DNA of 64,000 nucleotides, taken from NCBI GenBank assembly GCA_963692465.1, contig OY829943.1, positions 417,935 to 481,934 of the forward strand. The letters run 5' to 3'. The translations under genes and the position numbers were made by a program. Below the pieces are notes generated by a model. That model saw only the letters and a list, made by a program, of their open reading frames with translations, ran no database searches and was not told the origin of the DNA. This document shows positions 18,021 to 28,448 of the stretch, in pieces; within the stretch, counting starts at the first letter, position 1, and the number at the start of each line of letters is the position of its first letter. This DNA is from Prolixibacteraceae bacterium (lineage in GTDB: Bacteria > Bacteroidota > Bacteroidia > Bacteroidales > Prolixibacteraceae).

Positions 18021-18163
18021 TTCCAGATTTCATGAAATATAAGTGCTAATTTTTTTGTTGTTTAGAAATGTCTGATAATTACTGACGTGGATAAAATTTC
18101 AAAAAAAATGTGAACTCTGATATTGTTGGCACTGTAAACGACACTGTAAATGGCACTGTAAAT
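18020..18163 (+). repeat. ~130-nt direct repeat, copy 2 (contains core copy 3 at 18069-18101), ending in three tandem 12-mers
   Basis: It aligns to 16235..16363. The tail is GGCACTGTAAAC GACACTGTAAAT GGCACTGTAAAT (18128-18163), where copy 1 has only GGCACTGAAAAT GGCACTGT. Confidence 0.85.
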
Positions 18164-19446
18164 TATTTAATAGCATACAATGGAACGTTTGTCATCCATG
18201 ATTCTTCCTTGTAATCGGACAACGAGGTCCGGATGGCTTTTGAAGGTTTATACTTTTCACAAAACAACCTGAAACTTTTGGCGTTCAGGTTTTCACCCGA
18301 TTTTACCTCAATGGGGATAACTTCCCCTTGGTCCTGAATGACGAAATCGACTTCCGCCGTACTCCGATCATTTGTCCAATATCCAATATAGCGTTCACTG
18401 TCCAGACGCAATTGCTGCATCACGTACTGCTCTGTGAGTGCCCCTTTAAACTCGGTAAAGATTCCATCTCCCTCAATGATCGTCCGAACGTTAAGCCCAG
18501 CCATGGCACCAAGCAAGCCTACATCGTGCAGAAATAATTTAAATACGGAAACATTCTGGTAAGCGGCAAGCGGGATTCCTGGTTTTGATACCCGATAGCA
18601 TTTCAGCAATAAGCCACAATCCGTCAGCCACTGGATAGCTAACTCAAAGTCTTTGGATCGAGCTCCCTCTCTGATTACTCCATATACAAATTTTTTATTC
18701 TCTTTAGCTAATTGCGACGGGACACTTTGCCAAACCATCCGGATGCGGGGAACGGTTTCATTAGGTGCATGCTTGGAAAAATCACCTTCATAGGAGTTAA
18801 GTATCCTGTTCTGAATGCGGCGAACCAGTTGCCAATCGCGAGTTTGAACAAAAGCATCCACCACTTCGGGCATTCCCCCCACATAGAAATAATAGCGGAG
18901 ATATTCTTTAAGTTTCTCCGTAAAAATAGAAAGGACGCTCCAGTTCTTAGCCGTTAGTGCTTCAACCAATGCCTTTTCATTCTGAGATAACAGGAATTCG
19001 GAGAACGAAAGCGGACGCAAATCCAAAAAATCAACCTTCCCGACAGGAAAAGAAACTTGACTATGCAACCCCATTCCAAGCAAGGAACCGGCTGCAACCA
19101 CATGGTATTGGGGTGCTTTCTCACAGAAATATTTCAGAGAGGTAACACCACGTTCTGCTGACTGGATTTCGTCTAAAATAATCAATGTATCTTCGGCTGT
19201 TATTGTGGTTTGAGCATGTATCTGAAGCACTGTTATTATCCGTTCAATATCGAAATCGTTAGTGAAAATAGTTTGCAATGCAGGGGTTTCCTCAAAATTC
19301 ACATAGATGAATTTAGCATACGAAGTACGACCAAACTCCTGCAAGAGCCATGTCTTTCCTACCTGTCGCGCACCTCTTACAATCAGTGGCTTACGGAATT
19401 TATCTTCCTTCCACTTCTTTAAACTGACAATTGATTCCCGATACAT
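18163..19446 (-). CDS. AAA+ ATPase with DUF4143-type C-terminal domain (COG1373 family)
   Basis: 427 aa. Walker A VRGARQVGKTWLL, Walker B LIILDEIQ, and a C-terminal PD-(D/E)xK-like/DUF4143 region (EVDFVI...IPIEVKSG). Confidence 0.8.
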   Translation of the reverse strand: MYRESIVSLKKWKEDKFRKPLIVRGARQVGKTWLLQEFGRTSYAKFIYVNFEETPALQTIFTNDFDIERIITVLQIHAQTTITAEDTLIILDEIQSAERGVTSLKYFCEKAPQYHVVAAGSLLGMGLHSQVSFPVGKVDFLDLRPLSFSEFLLSQNEKALVEALTAKNWSVLSIFTEKLKEYLRYYFYVGGMPEVVDAFVQTRDWQLVRRIQNRILNSYEGDFSKHAPNETVPRIRMVWQSVPSQLAKENKKFVYGVIREGARSKDFELAIQWLTDCGLLLKCYRVSKPGIPLAAYQNVSVFKLFLHDVGLLGAMAGLNVRTIIEGDGIFTEFKGALTEQYVMQQLRLDSERYIGYWTNDRSTAEVDFVIQDQGEVIPIEVKSGENLNAKSFRLFCEKYKPSKAIRTSLSDYKEESWMTNVPLYAIK

Positions 19447-19479
19447 CTATTTATTCCCATCTAAAATTGATATGAATAT

Positions 19480-19535
19480 ACACTTTTATCAGGATAAAAA
19501 TGTAAACAGACCACACTTTTATCAAGATAAAAATG
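19480..19535 (-). promoter_or_regulatory. Two 23-nt direct repeats, each with an internal palindrome, just upstream of ATPase gene 18163..19446
   Basis: ACACTTTTATCAGGATAAAAATG (19480-19502) and ACACTTTTATCAAGATAAAAATG (19513-19535), period 33 nt. Each contains TTTTATC..GATAAAA. Confidence 0.45.
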
Positions 19536-19842
19536 ATATACCTCCCAATGTAATCCAAATCGGAACTCCTTATCGCTACTAATTACCAGTATACGTATTG
19601 AATTTATATATTTGGATATCAAATTAAATCTGGTTATGAAGAATAACAAAAGCTTGCCCCTTCTGAATTGTTTTTAATCTGAATTTATGCAACAGGATCT
19701 GTTAACACGACGTATAGTATGGATACAGTTCGTTGCTCAAGGTTGTCAATTCGTAAATTGTCTTTACTCTTTAATACAATCCAAAGAAAAAGGGGAAGAT
19801 TGAAATCTATTTGATGATTACCTTTAATGAAAAATTCATCAG

Positions 19843-21027
19843 ATGCCTCTAATTCTAAATATTACAATATGCTTTGGATTGGCTGCAATGCTTGTCTTTT
19901 TCTGTATTCCTACAATTATTGGAGTAGCAAGGAAAAAAAAGCTCTATGATGTTCCAAACGCAAGAAAAGTAACGACTCAGGTGATTCCTACATTAGGAGG
20001 GGTTGCTATATTCCTGGGGTTCGTTATTGCAGTCACGGTCTCCCTATACAATTATACATTCCTTGAATTTCGTTATATACTAACGGCCTTAACCATCATG
20101 CTCTTTGTCGGTTTAAAAGATGACCTGATGGATATCTCGGCATCGAGTAAATTTATCGGTGAATTTGTTGCTGCTACGATGGTGTGCGTTCTGGGTAACA
20201 TTCGCTTCACTGATTTACATGGTTTATTAGGAATTCATGCATTAAATCCGTTCTTCAGTATTGTATTATCGCTGCTTTTTATTGCGTTTATTGCCAATGC
20301 AATTAACCTGATTGACGGAATTGACGGACTTGCCTCAGGAATTGTTATAGTGGCTTGTGCAACACTCGGCACTTGGTTCTATCTCTCCGGAAATAATACT
20401 TATGCTCTCATGAGCTTTGCGTTAGTGGGTGCATTGTGCTCATTTTTTCTCTACAATGTCTTCGGGAAAAGCAACAAGATCTTTATGGGCGATACGGGGT
20501 CTTTAATTCTGGGGCTCATTCTGTCGGTACTCATTATTCGTTTTAACGAATTAAATATAGTGGGTGGAAAGCCTTACTCGGTTCCTGCTTCTCTTGCCAT
20601 TTCCCTGGGTATTGTTATTCTTCCGGTCATTGATACACTTCGGGTTATGATTCTAAGAATGATCCACGGAAAGTCTCCATTTAAAGCGGATCGAAATCAT
20701 ATTCATCACATGCTCCTTGATCTTAATTTTACGCATCTGCAGGCTACGTTAATATTAGTCGGGGCAAATCTGCTCTTTACAATTGCCTCTTTTGCTCTTC
20801 GGGACCTTGGAACAAATATACTTCTGTTCATTAATGTTGCCGCCGGATTTTCATTGGCCTTTATGCCTTCTTTGATTTTGAAACGGCGGGCCGAAAAATC
20901 AATCGGTAACGAAATGAGACTAACCGATGAAGAAATGAAAGAAATTACGAAACTAATAAATGACTCTTCCTCATTGGTTATCACAAAGAAACATCATCAA
21001 CCGACCAGTATAGGTGGCACCAACTAA
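19843..21027 (+). CDS. wecA: Polyisoprenyl-phosphate N-acetylhexosamine-1-phosphate transferase (WecA/WbpL, MraY-like GT4 family)
   Basis: 394 aa, polytopic. Motifs VGLKDDL, NAINLIDGIDGLASG, MGDTGSLILG, DRNHIHH. Confidence 0.85.
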   Translation: MPLILNITICFGLAAMLVFFCIPTIIGVARKKKLYDVPNARKVTTQVIPTLGGVAIFLGFVIAVTVSLYNYTFLEFRYILTALTIMLFVGLKDDLMDISASSKFIGEFVAATMVCVLGNIRFTDLHGLLGIHALNPFFSIVLSLLFIAFIANAINLIDGIDGLASGIVIVACATLGTWFYLSGNNTYALMSFALVGALCSFFLYNVFGKSNKIFMGDTGSLILGLILSVLIIRFNELNIVGGKPYSVPASLAISLGIVILPVIDTLRVMILRMIHGKSPFKADRNHIHHMLLDLNFTHLQATLILVGANLLFTIASFALRDLGTNILLFINVAAGFSLAFMPSLILKRRAEKSIGNEMRLTDEEMKEITKLINDSSSLVITKKHHQPTSIGGTN

Positions 21028-21052
21028 GACATTAAGGTTGTTGAAAATGCGA

Positions 21053-21844
21053 TTACGCACTCAATATCCGTTGTTCCTTCATCCTTTTTGAAAATTCGAC
21101 AATTTGTTCCCGGGAAATTGAGCAACAAAATTCTTCTCCATTCTTGGTCAAAACACAGACTTTTTTGGAGATGTTTATCTTTGACAAATAGGTGGAATTA
21201 ATAATACAAGAACGCTTAGTTCGGATAAACGTATTCTTATCAAGTTTTGGGTAGATTCGCCCCAAATTGAGGGTGACCATCTCTTTTTGCTCGTTTCCTA
21301 AAAAGAAAATACTATAATTCCCTTCTGCTTTAATATAAATGATATCCTGCGGTTCAATGAGTACAAATCCATTCAAATTATGAAACGCAATCTTATTTAA
21401 TATCTGGGGAGAACAAAATCCATCGTTTTTTGAGGTTGATGCTTTCGTCTTGTTCTTTTCGTCTGCCCGTTTCTGCAATAGAACAGAAATCCGGTCCAAT
21501 AATGAGATTAAAGTCGTTTTGTCCGTTATCGGATCTGGGTCAAACTCTCTAAATCCCAGGAAATACTGGACATAGGGATTTTCATTAATAAACTCGACGG
21601 TTTTTTCGGAAGAAAAGCCTTCCTTGCACTTTACAATGACCGCTCCAATAACCAATTTTATTTCCTGATCGGGAAGTAAAAGATCGGGATAAAAAAGACT
21701 GTTTTTTTTATACAGATATAAAAGTCTTTTCCATGGAATTCGTTGTGCTAATAAAATCCAACGGTTATTTTCATCCAGCTTTTTCCCAAAATGGACGATG
21801 GAACTTTTAAAAACCAAGGGGTTTATCTGACTTTGTGTATACAT
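21053..21844 (-). CDS. LytTR DNA-binding protein fused to an IS5/IS4-type transposase N-terminal (DUF772-like) region
   Basis: Residues about 25-120 (NNRWILLAQRIPWKRL...VIGAVIVKCKEGFSSEKTVEFINENPYVQYFLGFREFDPDPITDKTTLISLLDRI) follow the DUF772 transposase N-terminus pattern. Residues about 155-255 (FVLIEPQDIIYIKAEGNYSIFFL...FIRTKRSCIINSTYLSKI) form a LytTR domain. There is no DDE domain. Confidence 0.7.
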   Translation of the reverse strand: MYTQSQINPLVFKSSIVHFGKKLDENNRWILLAQRIPWKRLLYLYKKNSLFYPDLLLPDQEIKLVIGAVIVKCKEGFSSEKTVEFINENPYVQYFLGFREFDPDPITDKTTLISLLDRISVLLQKRADEKNKTKASTSKNDGFCSPQILNKIAFHNLNGFVLIEPQDIIYIKAEGNYSIFFLGNEQKEMVTLNLGRIYPKLDKNTFIRTKRSCIINSTYLSKINISKKVCVLTKNGEEFCCSISREQIVEFSKRMKEQRILSA

Positions 21845-21879
21845 AGCGACGTTTATATTTAATTACCGAAAAAGATGAT

Positions 21880-22200
21880 CTATTTGTATGATTTTCTCGC
21901 AGCTCTAATGATTGATTTATACTGAAAGACTCTGCTATATAAAGGCAATGATTCAACCCGACGTAAGGTCTTTTGATATTGCGTTCTTAACGATTGTTCA
22001 TAAAAGAACAGATTATGCCATTTCTCTTGCTCCTTAATTTTTTCAAGTAGAATGGTCTTTTGATTTTCAAGATTCTTAATCTTTGCCTCAAGCACAATGA
22101 TCCGCTGGTGAGTTTCACTGTTCTCTAATTTTTCTATCCTTTCAAAAATTTCCTGATAAGTCTGCATATCAAGAATTACCCTGTTGCTAGATTTTTCCAT
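21880..22200 (-). CDS. Hypothetical coiled-coil protein (106 aa)
   Basis: Heptad-like sequence IEKLENSETHQRIIVLEAKIKNLENQKTILLEKIKEQEK. It is on the same strand as, and 35 nt upstream of, the LytTR gene. Confidence 0.5.
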   Translation of the reverse strand: MEKSSNRVILDMQTYQEIFERIEKLENSETHQRIIVLEAKIKNLENQKTILLEKIKEQEKWHNLFFYEQSLRTQYQKTLRRVESLPLYSRVFQYKSIIRAARKSYK

Positions 22201-22636
22201 TTCTTGTTATATTTCCTCATAAGAAAAAAGATACTTCTTAATAAAGTTAGTGAAAAATAACAAGTTAGAGGTAAAAAAACAGAAAGGCATTTAATATCGC
22301 ACAAATTATTACCGTATGACAGAATGTATACTTTCCCTTTATGAATAGCCTCATCCAGTGGGTGAATTACCTATTCTGCTGACTGAATCGTAAGCGACAC
22401 ATTGTGTGAAATGACGAATATATTGTATGAAATACCCCAAATTAGTGATAAAGCAAAATTAGATAAATGGGTGAAATGACGGGGGTAATGGATAAGCGTA
22501 TCCATTCAGTAAAGCAAATATCGCAATGTGACTTGCTAACCATGAGCACAATAAGACCTATTTACTTTCTCCAAAATTTACTTTAACTTAGATGGGATAT
22601 TGCATATTCATCGATAAAAACCAAAAAAAATTAAAG

Positions 22637-23239
22637 ATGAGAAATGTAATCCTTACTGTAAGTCTGCTCCTGGGAGGCATTTTTGCCTTCGCACAGGGAG
22701 GTGAACCACAACGTCCGGATAGGATGGCTAATCATACGACCCACAATTCGAGAACGAACATTGCGTCGTACAAAACATTTGACTTTGAACTGATCAACAC
22801 CGACAATCCGGCAATGGAAAAACAACTGACTGACATACTACAAAACAAACTGGAGCAGAAAGGACTGAAACGGGATCGGAAAAATCCAGGATTATTGGTA
22901 TTTATCAGTTTCTACTCGGGCGATGACAAACAATATGTGCCACCGACTTCAAAGGTAAAAACAAGATACGGAAACGAATATAATATATGGACGGGAGGTA
23001 ACAATAGATCGCAGATATCTTCGAAACTATCGGATGGATATCCAAAAACAACTTACCGATACTCCTACAAAGTGAGAATGTTGGATGCCCAAAAAACAAA
23101 AGCTAATTCGCCTGCCCCGCCTATTGTCTGGCAATCGGAACAAGAAGGAACTTCGGGTAAAAAAATTGACTTGCTCCAGATGGCTCCGTCGATTTATGAC
23201 CAAATGATCAGGGGCTTGCGTTACAATGCCAATGAATAG
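22637..23239 (+). CDS. Secreted protein, possibly DUF4136-like
   Basis: ORF 22592..23239; the Met at 22637 gives a signal peptide (MRNVILTVSLLLGGIFAFAQ). The family call is weak. Confidence 0.45.
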   Translation: MRNVILTVSLLLGGIFAFAQGGEPQRPDRMANHTTHNSRTNIASYKTFDFELINTDNPAMEKQLTDILQNKLEQKGLKRDRKNPGLLVFISFYSGDDKQYVPPTSKVKTRYGNEYNIWTGGNNRSQISSKLSDGYPKTTYRYSYKVRMLDAQKTKANSPAPPIVWQSEQEGTSGKKIDLLQMAPSIYDQMIRGLRYNANE

Positions 23240-23248
23240 CAACGCCAA

Positions 23249-24475
23249 TTATTCCTTTCTTAAATCGTAACCGGATGGGGACTGATAAATACGTAAACCA
23301 AAAGCGGGAAGAATAGACAAAACATGATCAATTAACTCGGATTGATATCGCTCATAAGAAACAGCATCTGTTTTGTTACTATAAGTCGTAATTTCGATGG
23401 GTAGTCCGGTCTCGGTTGGTTGCTGGTTGCGAACCATGGTCTGCATACTGATATGGGTTTGCGGCTGCTGTAGAATATAAGCTTCCATGTAGTGCCGGAA
23501 CAGTCCGATATTGGCCGGACGGTATGAACCATTCTTCAACTCGGCTATATATTCGTGAAGAAGCGGATTCCGACTGAATTTATCCAGTAGTTCATTTGAA
23601 CACAGCCGGATGCTATTCATATCAATGCGTATGGATCGTTTAACCCGGCGTGCACCGGATTCTTCCATTCCTTTCCAGTTGATGAAAGACTCAACGGTCA
23701 TGGTATAGGTGGGGATTGTGGTAATGGTCTTATCCCAATTCTGGACTTTGACGGTGTTCAAATTAATCTCTGTGACAATCCCATCGGCCTGGTGAGCCGG
23801 CATTTCAATCCAATCGCCTAATTGTACCATCTTATCGGTCGACAGCTTTATCCCGGCTACAAACGACAGAATGGTGTCTTTAAAGACTAATAAAAGAATG
23901 GCGGTTGCTGCTGTTAGTCCGGCTAACATCTTGGTGGGGTCTTCATTGATCAGAATTGATACAAACAAAATACCACTGAACAGATAAACCAGTATTTTGA
24001 CAACCTGTATATAGCTTTTGATCGATTTCTGATTGGCATTTTTCTTATAATAGATTTCCTCAGCCGCATTCAAAAACGAAACGATGATCAAAACGACAGT
24101 ACTCAGAAAATAAATCCGCCCTACCCGTAAAAGACACTCACTCAACCATGGGTATTCAAAAAGGTCTCCTGACTGAATTGAATGAGCCCCATGAATGAAA
24201 AAATAATGCGAATAATAAACAATCGCTGCAGGGAAAAAATGAGCAAAACGATGAAATACTTTATGATGGAAAAGAATACTATCCCACTCATTCTTGGTAT
24301 TGGTGGTAATCCGCAGAAATATACGGATGATAATTTCCCGAACAATATAGAAACCGATGACTGCAATGCCGGCTAAAATGACTAACGTAATAACAACGGC
24401 TAAGAAGTTAGCAAGGTGTTCTGAAAACTTATAATTCTGCAACCAGTGAAATAAAAATCGGATTACACTTTCCAT
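23249..24475 (-). CDS. Mechanosensitive ion channel, MscS family
   Basis: 408 aa with N-terminal TM helices and the MscS beta-domain motif LGDWIEMPAHQADGIVTEINLNTVKVQNWDKTITTIPTYTM. Confidence 0.85.
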   Translation of the reverse strand: MESVIRFLFHWLQNYKFSEHLANFLAVVITLVILAGIAVIGFYIVREIIIRIFLRITTNTKNEWDSILFHHKVFHRFAHFFPAAIVYYSHYFFIHGAHSIQSGDLFEYPWLSECLLRVGRIYFLSTVVLIIVSFLNAAEEIYYKKNANQKSIKSYIQVVKILVYLFSGILFVSILINEDPTKMLAGLTAATAILLLVFKDTILSFVAGIKLSTDKMVQLGDWIEMPAHQADGIVTEINLNTVKVQNWDKTITTIPTYTMTVESFINWKGMEESGARRVKRSIRIDMNSIRLCSNELLDKFSRNPLLHEYIAELKNGSYRPANIGLFRHYMEAYILQQPQTHISMQTMVRNQQPTETGLPIEITTYSNKTDAVSYERYQSELIDHVLSILPAFGLRIYQSPSGYDLRKE

Positions 24476-24491
24476 CTTCGGGGTCTTTTAG

Positions 24492-26222
<1,731 letters not shown>

Positions 26223-26247
26223 TCTTAATAATAGAAGAAAAATCTTT

Positions 26248-28200
26248 ATGGATAAGAATACAGTTACAGGACTGACCTTAATTTTTCTGGTTGTCGTTGT
26301 TTTTAGTTTTCTGAACCAGCCATCTAAAAAAGATCTTGCTGCAAAACAGCGTTATCAGGATTCTATACAGATGGTCCAATCCAGAAACGCCAAAAATGTC
26401 GCTCAGGCTGCAGCAATGGCAAAAAATGCTCCGGGACAGAATGCCCCTGCATTAAACGCCGCTTCACCTGATTCTGCTAAAAAAATAAAGAATCAACAGC
26501 AAACTCAACAGTATGGTTCTTTCGCTTCGGATGTTAATGGTTCGGAAAAACTGATTACACTCGAAAATAACCTGATGAAAGTGGTCCTTTCAAACAAAGG
26601 AGGACGAATCTATTCGGTTACGTTAAAGAACTTCAAAACCTACGACAAAAAACCACTGGTTCTCTTTCAGGGTTATAACAATCATTTCGGACTGGAGTTC
26701 TTCGCTGATAATCGGAGTATTCAAACCGAAAACCTGTTTTTCACCCCCGATCAGAATGTCAGCTCGATGTCGGTTAACGGCCCTGCTATTAAAACAGGCC
26801 GCGAAGGAAAAGAATCTTATAACAAAGATTTTCCCGGTGAAACAAAATCGATAACCATGCATCTGAATGCCGGCCCGGATCAATATATCGAATACAAATA
26901 TACGATCAAGCATAACTCCTATATGATCGGCTTCGATGTAATCACAAACGGCATGGACAAACTGATGGGAGGCAATTCTAAACTCATAAACTTCAACTGG
27001 ACTGCCAAAATTCCCCGTCAGGAAAAGATGTCGTCGATGGGCGAAGATCGCTATTCAACAATTCATTACCGCTTTGCAGATGATAAAGCTGAAAAACTCA
27101 GCGAATCAAAATCAGACTCCAAATCGCTCCGTACTCAGGTACAGTGGATCGGCTTTAAACAGCTATTCTTCTCTTCGGTATTAATCGCAGAAAAGAATAA
27201 CATGGTTAGCGCTGACATTAAAACAGACAAAACGGATAAAGACTCACTGTTTCTGGGCCGATACAGTGCTGATATTGCTTTGCCTTTCGAGGGAAAAAGC
27301 CATGAGGTACTCCCTATGAAATTCTATTTCGGTCCAAACCATTATAATACGCTAAAACAATATAATCTGGATCTCGAAAATGAAATCAACCTGGGCTGGG
27401 CTTTGGTTGCTCCGGTTAATAAATACCTCGTTATCCCGGTATTTAACTGGTTGAGAACATTCATTTCCAGCTTCGGTATCATTATCCTGCTTCTTACCAT
27501 CTTTATCCGGTTGATTATTGCTCCGTTTACCTATAAATCTTACCTCTCGCAGGCAAAGATGCGAGTACTGAAACCGGAAATAGACGAAATAAATAAGAAG
27601 ATTCCGGCAGATAAAACGGTTGAAAGACAACAAGCCTCTATGGCTCTTTATAAAAAAGCCGGGGTGAATCCAATGGGTGGCTGTCTTCCCATCTTGTTCC
27701 AATTCCCGGTGCTGGTCGCTTTGTTCTATTTCTTCCCGACGTCTATCGAGTTGCGTCAGCAAAGTTTCTTATGGGCCCCTGACCTCTCAACCTATGATTC
27801 AATTTGCCATCTGCCGTTTAATATTCCATTCTATGGCGACCATGTGAGTCTCTTCTGTCTGTTGATGACGGTTACGACGATCATTTCAACCAAACTGAAT
27901 TCGGACGGTTCAACAGCAGGTAGCGAACAGATGCCAGGTATGAAAACCATGATGTATCTCATGCCCGTTATGTTCCTGTTCATCCTGAACAGCTACTCGG
28001 CCGGACTGAGTTATTATTACTTTCTGAGTAACCTGATCGGAATCGCACAGATGTATGTATTCCGCTTTTTCATTGATGAAGATAAGATTCATCGTCAGAT
28101 GCAGGAAAACAGAAAAAAACCGGTTAAAAAATCAAGGTTCGCCAAACGTCTTGAAGAAGTTGCCAAGCAGCAACAGGCTCTTCAGGCTAAAAAGCGTTAA
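26248..28200 (+). CDS. yidC: Membrane protein insertase YidC (long Bacteroidota form)
   Basis: 650 aa with a large periplasmic domain and a C-terminal 60-kDa-IMP core (KMRVLKPEIDEINKK...YKKAGVNPMGGCLPILFQFPVLVALFYFF). Confidence 0.9.
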   Translation: MDKNTVTGLTLIFLVVVVFSFLNQPSKKDLAAKQRYQDSIQMVQSRNAKNVAQAAAMAKNAPGQNAPALNAASPDSAKKIKNQQQTQQYGSFASDVNGSEKLITLENNLMKVVLSNKGGRIYSVTLKNFKTYDKKPLVLFQGYNNHFGLEFFADNRSIQTENLFFTPDQNVSSMSVNGPAIKTGREGKESYNKDFPGETKSITMHLNAGPDQYIEYKYTIKHNSYMIGFDVITNGMDKLMGGNSKLINFNWTAKIPRQEKMSSMGEDRYSTIHYRFADDKAEKLSESKSDSKSLRTQVQWIGFKQLFFSSVLIAEKNNMVSADIKTDKTDKDSLFLGRYSADIALPFEGKSHEVLPMKFYFGPNHYNTLKQYNLDLENEINLGWALVAPVNKYLVIPVFNWLRTFISSFGIIILLLTIFIRLIIAPFTYKSYLSQAKMRVLKPEIDEINKKIPADKTVERQQASMALYKKAGVNPMGGCLPILFQFPVLVALFYFFPTSIELRQQSFLWAPDLSTYDSICHLPFNIPFYGDHVSLFCLLMTVTTIISTKLNSDGSTAGSEQMPGMKTMMYLMPVMFLFILNSYSAGLSYYYFLSNLIGIAQMYVFRFFIDEDKIHRQMQENRKKPVKKSRFAKRLEEVAKQQQALQAKKR

Positions 28201-28225
28201 TCTGATTTCTTAGATAAAAATAAAA

Positions 28226-28256
28226 GGGCAACTCTGTTTGGAGCTGCCCTTTTTTA
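28226..28256 (+). terminator. Rho-independent terminator after yidC
   Basis: Stem GGGCAACTC / GAGCTGCCC (1 mismatch), 6-nt loop, T-run. Confidence 0.65.
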
Positions 28257-28448
28257 TTCCGACGACTGTACCATGCGCCTGCGTTCATTCTATTCACAAG
28301 AAGCGTCAGCCTATCTGCATGATAAAAAGTTGCATCAAATACAGATCAACTTGAAAAACCGAGAATAAATCTGAATCGAATAAGAATATTGCAGGAAAAT
28401 AAAACAGTGGAACTCTTATTCGATCCATGAATCATTGGAAACAAAAAA

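Noticed and set aside
19480-19535. The direct repeats as a mini CRISPR array.
   Set aside because: There are only two 23-nt copies with a 10-nt spacer and no cas genes. The position immediately upstream of a start codon fits an operator better.
19447-19842. An invertible promoter (fragilis-type inverted repeats) upstream of the wecA-like gene or in 22201-22636.
   Set aside because: Only short (8-9 bp) inverted repeats such as ATCCAAAT/ATTTGGAT were found. There is no long flanking inverted-repeat pair and no nearby recombinase.
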